From a virus (taxonomy: Duplodnaviria > Caudoviricetes): a stretch of DNA of 64,000 nt. Below are positions 17,631 to 28,835 of the stretch, one piece after another; the stretch's first letter is position 1, and each line of letters begins with the position of its first letter. The notes beneath the pieces are model-generated. The model saw only the letters and a list, made by a program, of their open reading frames with translations, was not told where the DNA came from and did no database searches. Location: positions 32,001-96,000 of the IMG/VR virus record IMGVR_UViG_3300032265_002598. One strand, written 5' to 3'. The position numbers were made by a program, and so were the translations under genes.

Positions 17631-18872
17631 ATGAAAAACGGTAAATTTTTTATAGTTAATGGGCGACCCAAGACAAAGCCCCCGCAACCGATATCTCCTC
17701 CGCTATCAACCTTGTCGTCAATGACGGTAGGAGGCTGGGGAGATCCTCATATGTATATTACTACTAGTTCTTTAGATTCTAAAAATAGAGTAATTACTAA
17801 AACTATAGCACAATGGGGAGATAATAAACCAGGAACTGCAGGAAATAATGAACTTATCCTATTAGATTTACAAACTTCAACAAATACTATAAAAGTTCTT
17901 TATACAAATAAAGCCTATGGCACTGCTAAAGTTGTTAGTAGTGTTAGAGTGATTTATAACGGCACTTCTACAACATATAATGATACAATTAAATTTACTG
18001 CTGGGCCAGTGAATATAAAAATCTTAAAAATTGTATCTGGAAATAGTGCTTATCTTAATTTTGAAATTAGCTGGTCTGATATTAATAATGTAGTTAAACT
18101 TGGTGGTGCTATAGTTCCTATACTTAAAAGAGTAGCTAGTAGCAACGGAACTTTATGGAATGGTGGAGACGGAGCATTATGGGATGGTTTTGGAAAAGCA
18201 TTAGCTCCTTATGGTTTAACTAGAAGTAGTTTTGAAACTGGTATTAGTATTCAAGCAGTATCAGAAGAATTAATATTATCAGAAAATGAGGCCAGTTTCT
18301 TAACAATTGCAACAGAAAACTTTACTCAAAACAGTAATATTTTTGATAATTTACAAAATCTCGGAGAAAATGGAGAAGGAGATAATGCTAATATTGGAGA
18401 TTGGGATGCTACATACTCTGATATTTTGCCAGTACTTTCTAACCCTATTGGATTAGATGGAGCTATAGACATTGCTATTAGCGGTTCAACAACTACCACA
18501 CCAGCGCCAGGACCTACGTGTTTGTATGCATATACTGGAAGAAATGGCAACGGTGCTCAAAATCACTGGGTATTAATTGGTGGTTCCAGTGCGGGTTGCC
18601 CAAGTGATAAGACCACGGCTTGTTTAACTTTAACTTTTAATCCATGTTTACCAGAACAGGCTGGATGCAATGAAAAATATGGAGAGACTACTGATATTTG
18701 CTCTATTGGTAGCGATGGTTCTGTTAGTAAAGCACCACCGCCAGTAATATCCTATTATTATACTAGCGATGGTTGTACTTCATGTAAAACTTACGGCACA
18801 ACTTATTCAGAATGCCCAGAAGGATACACCCTTTATTCAACTCTCACAGATTGTAACTCTTCACATCCATAA
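17631..18872 (+). CDS. Virion protein with VWD-like GDPH motif, Thr linker and Cys-rich C-terminus
   Basis: GGWGDPHMY at 17739-17750; STTTTPAP; about 8 Cys in the last 120 aa. Confidence 0.65.
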   Translation: MKNGKFFIVNGRPKTKPPQPISPPLSTLSSMTVGGWGDPHMYITTSSLDSKNRVITKTIAQWGDNKPGTAGNNELILLDLQTSTNTIKVLYTNKAYGTAKVVSSVRVIYNGTSTTYNDTIKFTAGPVNIKILKIVSGNSAYLNFEISWSDINNVVKLGGAIVPILKRVASSNGTLWNGGDGALWDGFGKALAPYGLTRSSFETGISIQAVSEELILSENEASFLTIATENFTQNSNIFDNLQNLGENGEGDNANIGDWDATYSDILPVLSNPIGLDGAIDIAISGSTTTTPAPGPTCLYAYTGRNGNGAQNHWVLIGGSSAGCPSDKTTACLTLTFNPCLPEQAGCNEKYGETTDICSIGSDGSVSKAPPPVISYYYTSDGCTSCKTYGTTYSECPEGYTLYSTLTDCNSSHP

Positions 18873-18888
18873 TTTAAAGGAAAAACAC

Positions 18889-19488
18889 ATGCAATTAAAT
18901 AATACTATCACAATAACTCCTCCTCCTTTTACTAATAATATTGGACAAATAATAAATCCAACCCCACTAGTTTTAGACAGTTTAGATTTAGTGTTTACTG
19001 ACAATGTAAAAAATAAAACGGTGTCTGTTAACGTGCTTGGTATCCCGGCCACAATTATGCTGTGGTCTGTAGACGAGTATGATTCGTTTGGCGATTGGAC
19101 TCAATCTCAAGCTGAAACTAGGCTTGCTTATTTGTTGGGCGACGATCCAGGAGCAGCATTGCGAGCACTATTTCCAAAAACCCTAGAAGAAGATCCTAAC
19201 GGAGCTGGTACAGTTTTAGCTAAAATGATTAAAAATTTAGGATTTACTATATCAGATAATTGCGCTTGTAAAAAACATGCTTTAGAAATGAATGAGAAAG
19301 GTAATGATTGGTGTGTTGAAAATATTAATACAATTGTTGCTTGGCTCAAAGAAGAAACTAAAAATAGAAATATTGTGTTCATAGATATGGTTGCTAGACT
19401 AATGGTTATGAGAGCTATCAAAAAATCTCGTAAGCTATTAGCAAATGAACCAGTTCCAGAAAATGATGAAGAGTTAGATAATATTTAA
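18889..19488 (+). CDS. Hypothetical protein (CACKKHA..MN motif)
   Basis: AAGGA RBS before ATG 18889, in frame with the track ORF. Confidence 0.7.
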   Translation: MQLNNTITITPPPFTNNIGQIINPTPLVLDSLDLVFTDNVKNKTVSVNVLGIPATIMLWSVDEYDSFGDWTQSQAETRLAYLLGDDPGAALRALFPKTLEEDPNGAGTVLAKMIKNLGFTISDNCACKKHALEMNEKGNDWCVENINTIVAWLKEETKNRNIVFIDMVARLMVMRAIKKSRKLLANEPVPENDEELDNI

Positions 19489-19512
19489 TTAATATGTGGA
19501 ATTTTAATTTAA

Positions 19513-21160
<1,648 letters not shown>

Positions 21161-21171
<11 letters not shown>

Positions 21172-22039
21172 TAAACTTCTTACCATAGGTATGGCAACAT
21201 ATGATGATTACGATGGGGTATATTTTAGTCTCCAAGCATTAAGAATGTATCAACCAGCCCTTCAATCCATTGATTATGAGTTAATAGTAATTGATAACAA
21301 TCCAGATGGCCCTCACGGTCAAGCTGTAAAAGATCTTTTAACTGGATGGACTAAAGGTAGAGGCAAATATATTCCATATAAAGATCGAACCAGCACAGCG
21401 GTTAGAAACGAAATATTCTCTAATGCTAGTGGCAAATATACTATATCTATGGATTGTCATGTATTGATAGCTAGTGGGGGATTAGAGAAATTATTAGAAT
21501 ATTATAGTCAAAATGAAAATTGTAAAGATATAATTCAGGGGCCATTAATAAATGATGATTTAGAAAGCTATTCCACAGAGTTTGCTCCAGAGTGGCGCGG
21601 AGATATGTATGGAACTTGGCATACTAATAGAGAAGGTTATGAGTCTGGTTTACCTTTTGAAATACAAATGATGGGACTGGGATTATTTTCTTGTGAGACT
21701 AAAAATTGGCCAGGATTTAATCCTCACTTTAAAGGCTTTGGTGCAGAAGAAGGCTATATTCATGAAAAGTTTAGACGCAATGGTGGAAAAGCAATATGTA
21801 TTCCTCAACTCAAGTGGCTTCATAGATTCAATCGTCCCAATGGAGTTAAATATCCTCTAGTTTTAGAAGATAGAATCTGGAACTATTTTGTGGGGTGGTT
21901 AGAGATTAGTCAAGATCCTGATCATTATATGGTGGTTGATGCCTATAATTATTTTAAGACTAGAATACCAGAAGAGAGTTTAGATAATATATTGAATAGA
22001 GCTAAAAAAAGAATTCTTGGTAAAAATAGCCAATTATAA
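21161..22039 (+). CDS. Glycosyltransferase family 2
   Basis: LTIGMATYDD, ELIVIDNNPD, YTISMDCHV, FKGFGAEE; overlaps the stalk-protein gene. Confidence 0.88.
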
Positions 22040-22062
22040 GACCATTACTTATCTTGCCAACG

Positions 22063-22080
22063 GGTGTATTAATAATTAAG
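22063..22080 (+). promoter_or_regulatory. Candidate late promoter GGTGTA motif
   Basis: GGTGTATTAATAATTAAG, intergenic. Confidence 0.6.
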
Positions 22081-22118
22081 ATAACCTATATACCTCTATA
22101 ATAGGACTATATTTCAAG

Positions 22119-25100
22119 ATGGCTGTAAATAATCTAATAATTTTGAGGAAAGGCACAGCCTCCCAGTGGAATTCGGCTAATCCAGTATTGGCTAGCGGAG
22201 AACCTGGATATGATTTAACTAATCAAATTCTCAAAGTAGGAGATGGAGTTACTGCTTGGAATAGTCTATCTAACCACAGCCACTCTGCTTCAAACATTAG
22301 TGATTTTAATAGTTCTGTTAGTGGACTTTTTCCAGTAAAGAGTATTATTGCTGGGAGTAATATTACTATAAGTTCAACTAGTGGTACATATACCATTAAC
22401 TCGACAGCTAGTGGTGGAGGTGGATCGGCCACATCAATATCAAATTATGGATCTAATAGAGTATTATTATCAGATAATACTTCTACAGGAATTAGTGCCC
22501 AAACTAATTTAACATTCAATGGATCGACACTGTCTGCTCCAAATGGATCATTTTCTACTGCTTTGACAGTTAATAGTGTGAATGTGAGTGTAAGTGGGCA
22601 TAATCATATAATTGGAGATGTTACTGGGTTACAAAGTGCTTTAGACAGTAAACAAGCTACTGGTAGTTATGCGGCAAGTTCTCATACTCATACAGCTTCA
22701 CAGGTTACAGATTTTAATAGTTCAGTAAGTGGGTTAATTAATGGTATTTATGCTCCATTAAGTAGTCCAACTTTTACCGGTGTCCCACTGACCCCTACTG
22801 CATCGAGTGGAACAAATACTAATCAAATAGCATCAACATCTTTTGTAAGAACAGAAATTAGCAATTTAGTAGCATCTGCTCCATCAACACTAGATACTTT
22901 AAATGAGTTAGCAACAGCTTTAGGAAATGATGCTAACTTTTCAACAACTATAGCCTCTGGACTTGGAACAAAAGCTGCTTTAAGTGGATCAACATTTACA
23001 GGGAACATTAGCGCACCAAGCGGTAGTTTTACTTCGTTATCGGTTAGTGGAATTCCTTTACTTAATCGCGGTTATTATTACGAAATCCATGTTAGCCAAG
23101 TAGATGGAAATGATACCACCGGTAATGGTGACTTATTAAATCCAGTTGCATCTATTACCAAAGCATTAACTTTAGTAGGATCTCAACGCAAAACAATTAT
23201 TGTTCATCCCGGTACTTATACTGAAAATCCATCAATAACAGTTCAATATACAACTATAACTGGTCCGGGGCTTATTGGTGGTAATATAGTACTTTCTGGA
23301 ACATTAAGCACAAATACTGGTTGTACAATTGCTGGAATAAAGATGACAAACCTGACCATAGCTACGCCAACTGGTGCAGGAAATGTAAATATTTTAAATT
23401 GTGAGATTTCTGGCACACTTACAAAAAGCAGTAACGCCGACTACACTGTTCTTCGTTTATGTGACTATGGCTCCGCAAGTATTACTGGTGCAGGTTTAGT
23501 TGCTATTTTTGGTGGTAATCCAAATTTTACAACAGTAAATAATGCTAGCGCAAATATAATTATTAAAAGCGCTGTTACTGTGGCTCCAGTTTTAACTTCT
23601 GGAACTTTAAGTCTTGTAGATTCTATAGTAGTTGCTGCTGTGACAAATGCTATCACATCAGCCTCTTCAAGTATCATTACTTTAGCCAACTGTCAAATGC
23701 TAACTTCGGCATTAAGTAGTGTCGCCCCAGTTGTACTAAGTGGATTTTATTCAATATTAAATTGCGTATATGATAAAACAAACTCAACACTAGTAGCATT
23801 GTCTGCAACTGGTGGATCTACAAATTCTATTGATTATTTTCAATATATTAATGCTGACAAATTTATTACTCAAGGGGGAACCTCTTCTGACTATGTAAAG
23901 GGTGATGGATCGTTAGGACTATTACCAAACACTATTGTTTATACAACTGGCAATCAAGCTATTAGTGGAGTTAAAACTTTTAGTGACCTTCCGTTTGTTA
24001 ATGGAACTGGAATTAGTATTAGTGGCCATAATCATATCACTTCTAATATTACAGATTTCAATACTTCTGTAAGTGGATTAGTTAATGGAGTATATGCTCC
24101 ACTTGCTAGTCCTACTTTTACTGGGACTGTAAATGGGATTACTAAAAGTATGGTTGGCTTGGGTAATGTAGATAATACTAGTGATGCTAGCAAGCCTATA
24201 AGCAGTGCTACTCAAACAGCTCTTGATAATAAAGCCGCTATTTCTCATACTCATACTTCATCAAATATTACCGATTTTAATTCTTCTGTTAGTGGATTAG
24301 TTAGTAATTATGCTTTATTAAATAGCCCAACTTTAACAGGAACTCCTCTTTCTCCAACAGCAGCAGTAGACACTAATACTACACAAATTGCTAGTACAGC
24401 ATTTGTTTTGGGGCAAGCTTCATCATCCACTCCTCTGATAGATGGAACTGCCACAATAGGAACTTCTACTAGATATGCCAGGGCAGATCATATACATCCA
24501 ACAGATACAACTAGAGCAGCCCTGACTGGTGCAACATTCACTGGTTCGATATCTTCTCCAAGCGGTAATTTTACTCAAAGTTTACAGGTAAATAGTACAG
24601 GAGTTAGTCTTGTAGGACATACCCACACCTCTAGTCAAATTAGTGATAGTACAACTGCTGGAAGAGCATTATTAACTGGGGCCGATGCTGCTGCTCAGAG
24701 AACTTCTTTAGGTTTGGGTACTTTGGCAACACAAAATGGAACTTTTAGTGGAACTAGTAGTGGAACCAATACTGGCGATCAAACAATTAGCATCAGTGGT
24801 GATGTTACAGCCGCTGGAAGCTCTAGTTCATTAAATGCGACAGTAACAAAAATTAATGGTGTTTTATTAGCAGGACTTAGTACTGGTCTTATTAAGAATA
24901 CAATTAGCACAGGAGCTCCAAGCATTGCTATTGCTGGTACCGATTATGCTGCTGCTAGCCATACTCATACTTCATCTAATATAACTGATTTCAATAGTAG
25001 TGTTAGTGGATTATTACCAGTACTAAATATAGTAGCAGGATCAGGTGTGACCATATCCTCTACTTCTGGAACATACACTCTTAATGCTACTGGTAGTAGT

Positions 25101-25160
25101 AGTATACCTACTAATGTTACTAATAGTGCAAATCTTTACTTATGGTCATCTTTCAGATAG
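22119..25160 (+). CDS. Long fibre protein: Mtd-N, five HxH..ITDFNSSVSGL repeats, beta-helix (pectin-lyase-like) domain
   Basis: NPVLASGEPGYD; APSTLDTLNELATALGND; VDGNDTTGNGDLLNPVASITKA..VHPGTYTE. Confidence 0.85.
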   Translation: MAVNNLIILRKGTASQWNSANPVLASGEPGYDLTNQILKVGDGVTAWNSLSNHSHSASNISDFNSSVSGLFPVKSIIAGSNITISSTSGTYTINSTASGGGGSATSISNYGSNRVLLSDNTSTGISAQTNLTFNGSTLSAPNGSFSTALTVNSVNVSVSGHNHIIGDVTGLQSALDSKQATGSYAASSHTHTASQVTDFNSSVSGLINGIYAPLSSPTFTGVPLTPTASSGTNTNQIASTSFVRTEISNLVASAPSTLDTLNELATALGNDANFSTTIASGLGTKAALSGSTFTGNISAPSGSFTSLSVSGIPLLNRGYYYEIHVSQVDGNDTTGNGDLLNPVASITKALTLVGSQRKTIIVHPGTYTENPSITVQYTTITGPGLIGGNIVLSGTLSTNTGCTIAGIKMTNLTIATPTGAGNVNILNCEISGTLTKSSNADYTVLRLCDYGSASITGAGLVAIFGGNPNFTTVNNASANIIIKSAVTVAPVLTSGTLSLVDSIVVAAVTNAITSASSSIITLANCQMLTSALSSVAPVVLSGFYSILNCVYDKTNSTLVALSATGGSTNSIDYFQYINADKFITQGGTSSDYVKGDGSLGLLPNTIVYTTGNQAISGVKTFSDLPFVNGTGISISGHNHITSNITDFNTSVSGLVNGVYAPLASPTFTGTVNGITKSMVGLGNVDNTSDASKPISSATQTALDNKAAISHTHTSSNITDFNSSVSGLVSNYALLNSPTLTGTPLSPTAAVDTNTTQIASTAFVLGQASSSTPLIDGTATIGTSTRYARADHIHPTDTTRAALTGATFTGSISSPSGNFTQSLQVNSTGVSLVGHTHTSSQISDSTTAGRALLTGADAAAQRTSLGLGTLATQNGTFSGTSSGTNTGDQTISISGDVTAAGSSSSLNATVTKINGVLLAGLSTGLIKNTISTGAPSIAIAGTDYAAASHTHTSSNITDFNSSVSGLLPVLNIVAGSGVTISSTSGTYTLNATGSSSIPTNVTNSANLYLWSSFR

Positions 25161-25169
25161 GAGTTTATC

Positions 25170-25553
25170 ATGGCAGCTAGTCCAGTTTTCGCAGTTACAC
25201 CAAGAGTTGCAGCAGTTTCAATTGCTACTGCTGATTCTAGTTATACAGCACCTACAAACGTGGGCACTTTAATAACTGGAGCTTCAACAGGAACAAAAAT
25301 CAATGAAATAGTAGTTAAAAATGCAGCAATATCCGCTGCTGCTATTGTTAGAATATTTCTTTATGATGGATCAACATATTGGTTATTTGATGAAATCACC
25401 GTTGCCGCTGCTACAGGTAGCTCAACAGTCCAACAGTCTAGAGTTAGTACATTATATAACAACTTAATTCTTCCTAGTGCTTCTTGGTCTGTGAGAGTCA
25501 CAACCAGTGTTGCACAAGCTACTCATGTGACAGCACTAGGAGCAGATTTGTGA
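25170..25553 (+). CDS. Fibre-associated hypothetical protein
   Basis: 127 aa ORF with GGAG RBS. Confidence 0.7.
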   Translation: MAASPVFAVTPRVAAVSIATADSSYTAPTNVGTLITGASTGTKINEIVVKNAAISAAAIVRIFLYDGSTYWLFDEITVAAATGSSTVQQSRVSTLYNNLILPSASWSVRVTTSVAQATHVTALGADL

Positions 25554-27559
25554 ATAATGGTCTTTTTAATATAACATCTTTACAAACTAATTCTACTATT
25601 AGTTCTAGTATATTATCTACTACTAATATTGCTAGTAATATTTTAATGCCTCAAGGACAATCCCAGAATAGAGGCATTGGTGTTAATTATGATAATCTAG
25701 TTTTTTTACTTGATACTAGATTAGAGGCTGATAATAATTTTAGTTTTTCATTAGGTTCTATTGTTGATGTATTTGTTGATTGGGGTGATGGAACTAGAGA
25801 AACTTTTAAAACAACAGGAACAAAGAGTCACACCTACTCAAGTAGGGGAAGATACATTATTCAAATTGGTGGAATATTAAATAGTATAACTTTTACATCT
25901 ATGTTAGGTAGAAATAAATTAGTTAGCTGTTTATCATTTGGGAATTTATCAAAATTAGGATCTTGCTGTTTTAATGGTTGTGCTAATCTAATAAGTGTTC
26001 CAAATCAAATTCCAAGAACATTTACTGTTTTAAATAGTATGTTCGCATCTTGTACTAATTTTAATGATAGCAATGTTTGTTCTTGGGATACTAGTAATAT
26101 AACAGATATGGCTTTAGTTTTTAGTGGTGCTAGCAATTTTAATAAACCTTTAAATAGTTGGAATACTAAAAAAGTTACAGCTATGAATAGCATGTTTGGT
26201 CAATCTGGTTTCAACCAACCAATAGGTTCTTGGGATGTTAGTAAAGTAACAAATTTTAGTAATATGTTTAATCAAGTATATACTAATGGATTTAATCAAG
26301 ATATAGGACAATGGGATGTTAGTAGTGCTACAAATATGAGCCAAATGTTTTATGTTTCTACTAAATTTAATCAAAACCTAAATTCTTGGAATGTTAGTAA
26401 AGTTACTAATATGAACAATATGTTTTATCAAGCAGCGCTTTTTAATGGAAACATTACTAATTGGAATATTAGCTCTGTGACAAATATGGCTGGTATGTTT
26501 TTCCAAACTCCTTTTAATCAAAATATAGGATCTTGGAGCGTTAGTGGTGTTCAAAATATGGCTGGTATGTTTCAAGGAACAACAGCTTTTAGTCAAGATA
26601 TTAGTTCTTGGAATATTAAAGGACTTAATGCCACAGCAAGTTTTGATAATTTTTTGGCAACTAATTCTACTTTTGGAACAACAAATCTAAATGCTTTCTA
26701 TATAGCACTAAATACTAACAAGGCTAATTACAGAACTGATCTAAGACCAAGTTTTGGATCTAATACTTATTATGGAAGTAACAGTGCTGCTGCTACGGCG
26801 AGGGCAGCTTTAGTAACTTATGGTTGGACAATAACAGATGGAGGAACAACAACTGCGGCTCCAGATGCTCCAACTTCAGTAGCTGGTACCGCTGGCAATG
26901 CTCAAGTTTCTTTAACATGGACAGCTCCCACCTATAATAATGGAGCAGCAATAAGCGATTATACAGTACAATATAGTAGTAATTCTGGCTCAAGTTGGAC
27001 AACATTCAGTCACTCAGCTTCAGCTACAGCTTCTATAACAGTAACAGGACTGACTAATAGTACAGCCTATATATTTAGAGTTGCTGCTATAAATTCTGCT
27101 GGAACTGGAAGTTATTCAACTAATAGTTCTAGTGTAACACCAGTTGCCTCAACAACTACCACAACAACCGCCACCCCATCATACTTCAATAGTTTTAATA
27201 CAACTTGGAATGCAATTGGATTTACTGGCGCTGGAACATCTAGTTCACCATACACACGCACCGGTTATGGTTCTAATATGATTCCAGCCCAAGCTACTGT
27301 AGTATCAGCTGGAACCGTAAGAATAACAGGTCAAATGCATTCTGACTTTGGTGTTGATATTTTTAGAATTAGAAGCGGTGTTGCTACCAACGTTTATAGT
27401 TTAGCAGACACTTTCGGCGGTAATGGTGGTAATTATACTATGAATGCAACAATCACAGTAGCTGCTGGTGATATAATTAGATTTGGTACTCCTGACGTTG
27501 GTGACTATTATGATTTAGGCGCTAATGGTAGCGTTACTATTAATATTTGGTATCAATAA
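25550..27559 (+). CDS. BspA/DUF285-repeat adhesin with PKD-like and FN3 domains
   Basis: GTG start overlapping the previous stop; DWGDG..HTY; about 7 FNQxIGxWDVSxVTNMxxMF repeats; APDAPTSVAGTAGNAQVSLTWTAP..YIFRVAAINSAGTG. Confidence 0.9.
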   Translation: MNNGLFNITSLQTNSTISSSILSTTNIASNILMPQGQSQNRGIGVNYDNLVFLLDTRLEADNNFSFSLGSIVDVFVDWGDGTRETFKTTGTKSHTYSSRGRYIIQIGGILNSITFTSMLGRNKLVSCLSFGNLSKLGSCCFNGCANLISVPNQIPRTFTVLNSMFASCTNFNDSNVCSWDTSNITDMALVFSGASNFNKPLNSWNTKKVTAMNSMFGQSGFNQPIGSWDVSKVTNFSNMFNQVYTNGFNQDIGQWDVSSATNMSQMFYVSTKFNQNLNSWNVSKVTNMNNMFYQAALFNGNITNWNISSVTNMAGMFFQTPFNQNIGSWSVSGVQNMAGMFQGTTAFSQDISSWNIKGLNATASFDNFLATNSTFGTTNLNAFYIALNTNKANYRTDLRPSFGSNTYYGSNSAAATARAALVTYGWTITDGGTTTAAPDAPTSVAGTAGNAQVSLTWTAPTYNNGAAISDYTVQYSSNSGSSWTTFSHSASATASITVTGLTNSTAYIFRVAAINSAGTGSYSTNSSSVTPVASTTTTTTATPSYFNSFNTTWNAIGFTGAGTSSSPYTRTGYGSNMIPAQATVVSAGTVRITGQMHSDFGVDIFRIRSGVATNVYSLADTFGGNGGNYTMNATITVAAGDIIRFGTPDVGDYYDLGANGSVTINIWYQ

Positions 27560-27573
27560 CACAAAGGAAAATT

Positions 27574-27780
27574 ATGGGCGCAGAAATTACATATCCACAA
27601 AATACAACATATTGGATTATTACGGATGGCACCAATTATGGAGATGGAGTTACAGGAATTAATCAAGTAACAACAGTTGGTAATGGATGGACAATACATT
27701 GGCAAGGTACTAATTATGATGAATATATTATACAATGTCAAAATGTTAATATAGTACCAGAAATATCGCTTACCAGTTGA
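27574..27780 (+). CDS. Small hypothetical protein (68 aa)
   Basis: AAGGA RBS before ATG 27574. Confidence 0.65.
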   Translation: MGAEITYPQNTTYWIITDGTNYGDGVTGINQVTTVGNGWTIHWQGTNYDEYIIQCQNVNIVPEISLTS

Positions 27781-27819
27781 TTAGCCAATTAATTTTAAAA
27801 ACCGTACTCTTTGCTATAA

Positions 27820-27836
27820 GGTGTATTAAAGAATAG
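27820..27836 (+). promoter_or_regulatory. Candidate late promoter GGTGTA motif
   Basis: GGTGTATTAAAGAATAG, intergenic. Confidence 0.6.
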
Positions 27837-27863
27837 CCCTAATACACATAAAAGGATCAAATT

Positions 27864-28379
27864 ATGAGCTGGTCTATTGAAATACCTCTTATTGTTCGTA
27901 CATTGATTAATGATCTTACAGATCAGCCAGTTTATAGCGACGAAAGATTGATCCAAGTTATAACGGTTGCATCAAAATATGTCCAATTTGAGGTTACTTT
28001 AGATAATCAATATACTGTGGATGTATCTAATGGTACATTAACTCCAGACCCTTTAGATTATCATGATGATGTATTTATCGGTTTGGTTGCTTTAAAGAGC
28101 GCTTGTATTATCGATCAAAGTACAGTCAGAACTAAATCAGCAACCGAAGGTATCAGAGCTTCTCTTGGACCAGCCAGCCTAAGCGTACAAGGCAGTTTGG
28201 AAGGATTAAAGCTGTTATTAGAAACCGGTCCATGTGCTTTATATCAGGACTTAGTTCTTAATTGGAATGTACGAGATGCTAGTGCTGTTACTGCGGTGCT
28301 TAGTCCATTTGTTGGCAACAAGTTCAACCCAAGATACTTGCAGGGCAATACTTATCGTTCAAGATATTTTTATTCATGA
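27864..28379 (+). CDS. Putative head-tail adaptor/connector
   Basis: IVRTLINDL..P.YSDERL pattern; size and position. Confidence 0.6.
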   Translation: MSWSIEIPLIVRTLINDLTDQPVYSDERLIQVITVASKYVQFEVTLDNQYTVDVSNGTLTPDPLDYHDDVFIGLVALKSACIIDQSTVRTKSATEGIRASLGPASLSVQGSLEGLKLLLETGPCALYQDLVLNWNVRDASAVTAVLSPFVGNKFNPRYLQGNTYRSRYFYS

Positions 28380-28394
28380 TGGGAGTAGATTATT

Positions 28395-28835
28395 ATGCCA
28401 GCAGCAGATTACAATTTCGCTATAGAAAAAGGAACAGCATTCGTTATCGCTTTTGAATATAGAGATGATATGAATGTACCTGTTGATATTACTAATTGGT
28501 GTGCTAGAATAAGATGGATAGAAGATCAGGCAACCCCCACAGTTAGAACTTTTGTAACGAATACACGAAGTAACGAATATGAATTCACAATAGAACCACT
28601 AATGGGCAAAATTCTATTAAAAATTCCAGCAGCTCAAACGGCACTATATAATTTTGGTACTGCCAGATATGATTTTGAGCTACAAGAACCTAATGATCTA
28701 TATAGTGGTGGTGGAAAAAAAGTTTTCAGAATATTACAAGGAGGTGTCTCTTTAGTTTCTAGAAATGTTCCTGGTACAGACGCATTTGAATGCAATATTG
28801 ACACACAGAATGATTGTGGGACATGTGACACATGA
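28395..28835 (+). CDS. Fibre-attachment beta-sandwich protein, paralog of 14626..15033
   Basis: YNFAIEKGTAF..PVDITNWCARIRW..ARYDFELQEP..RILQG. Confidence 0.7.
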   Translation: MPAADYNFAIEKGTAFVIAFEYRDDMNVPVDITNWCARIRWIEDQATPTVRTFVTNTRSNEYEFTIEPLMGKILLKIPAAQTALYNFGTARYDFELQEPNDLYSGGGKKVFRILQGGVSLVSRNVPGTDAFECNIDTQNDCGTCDT

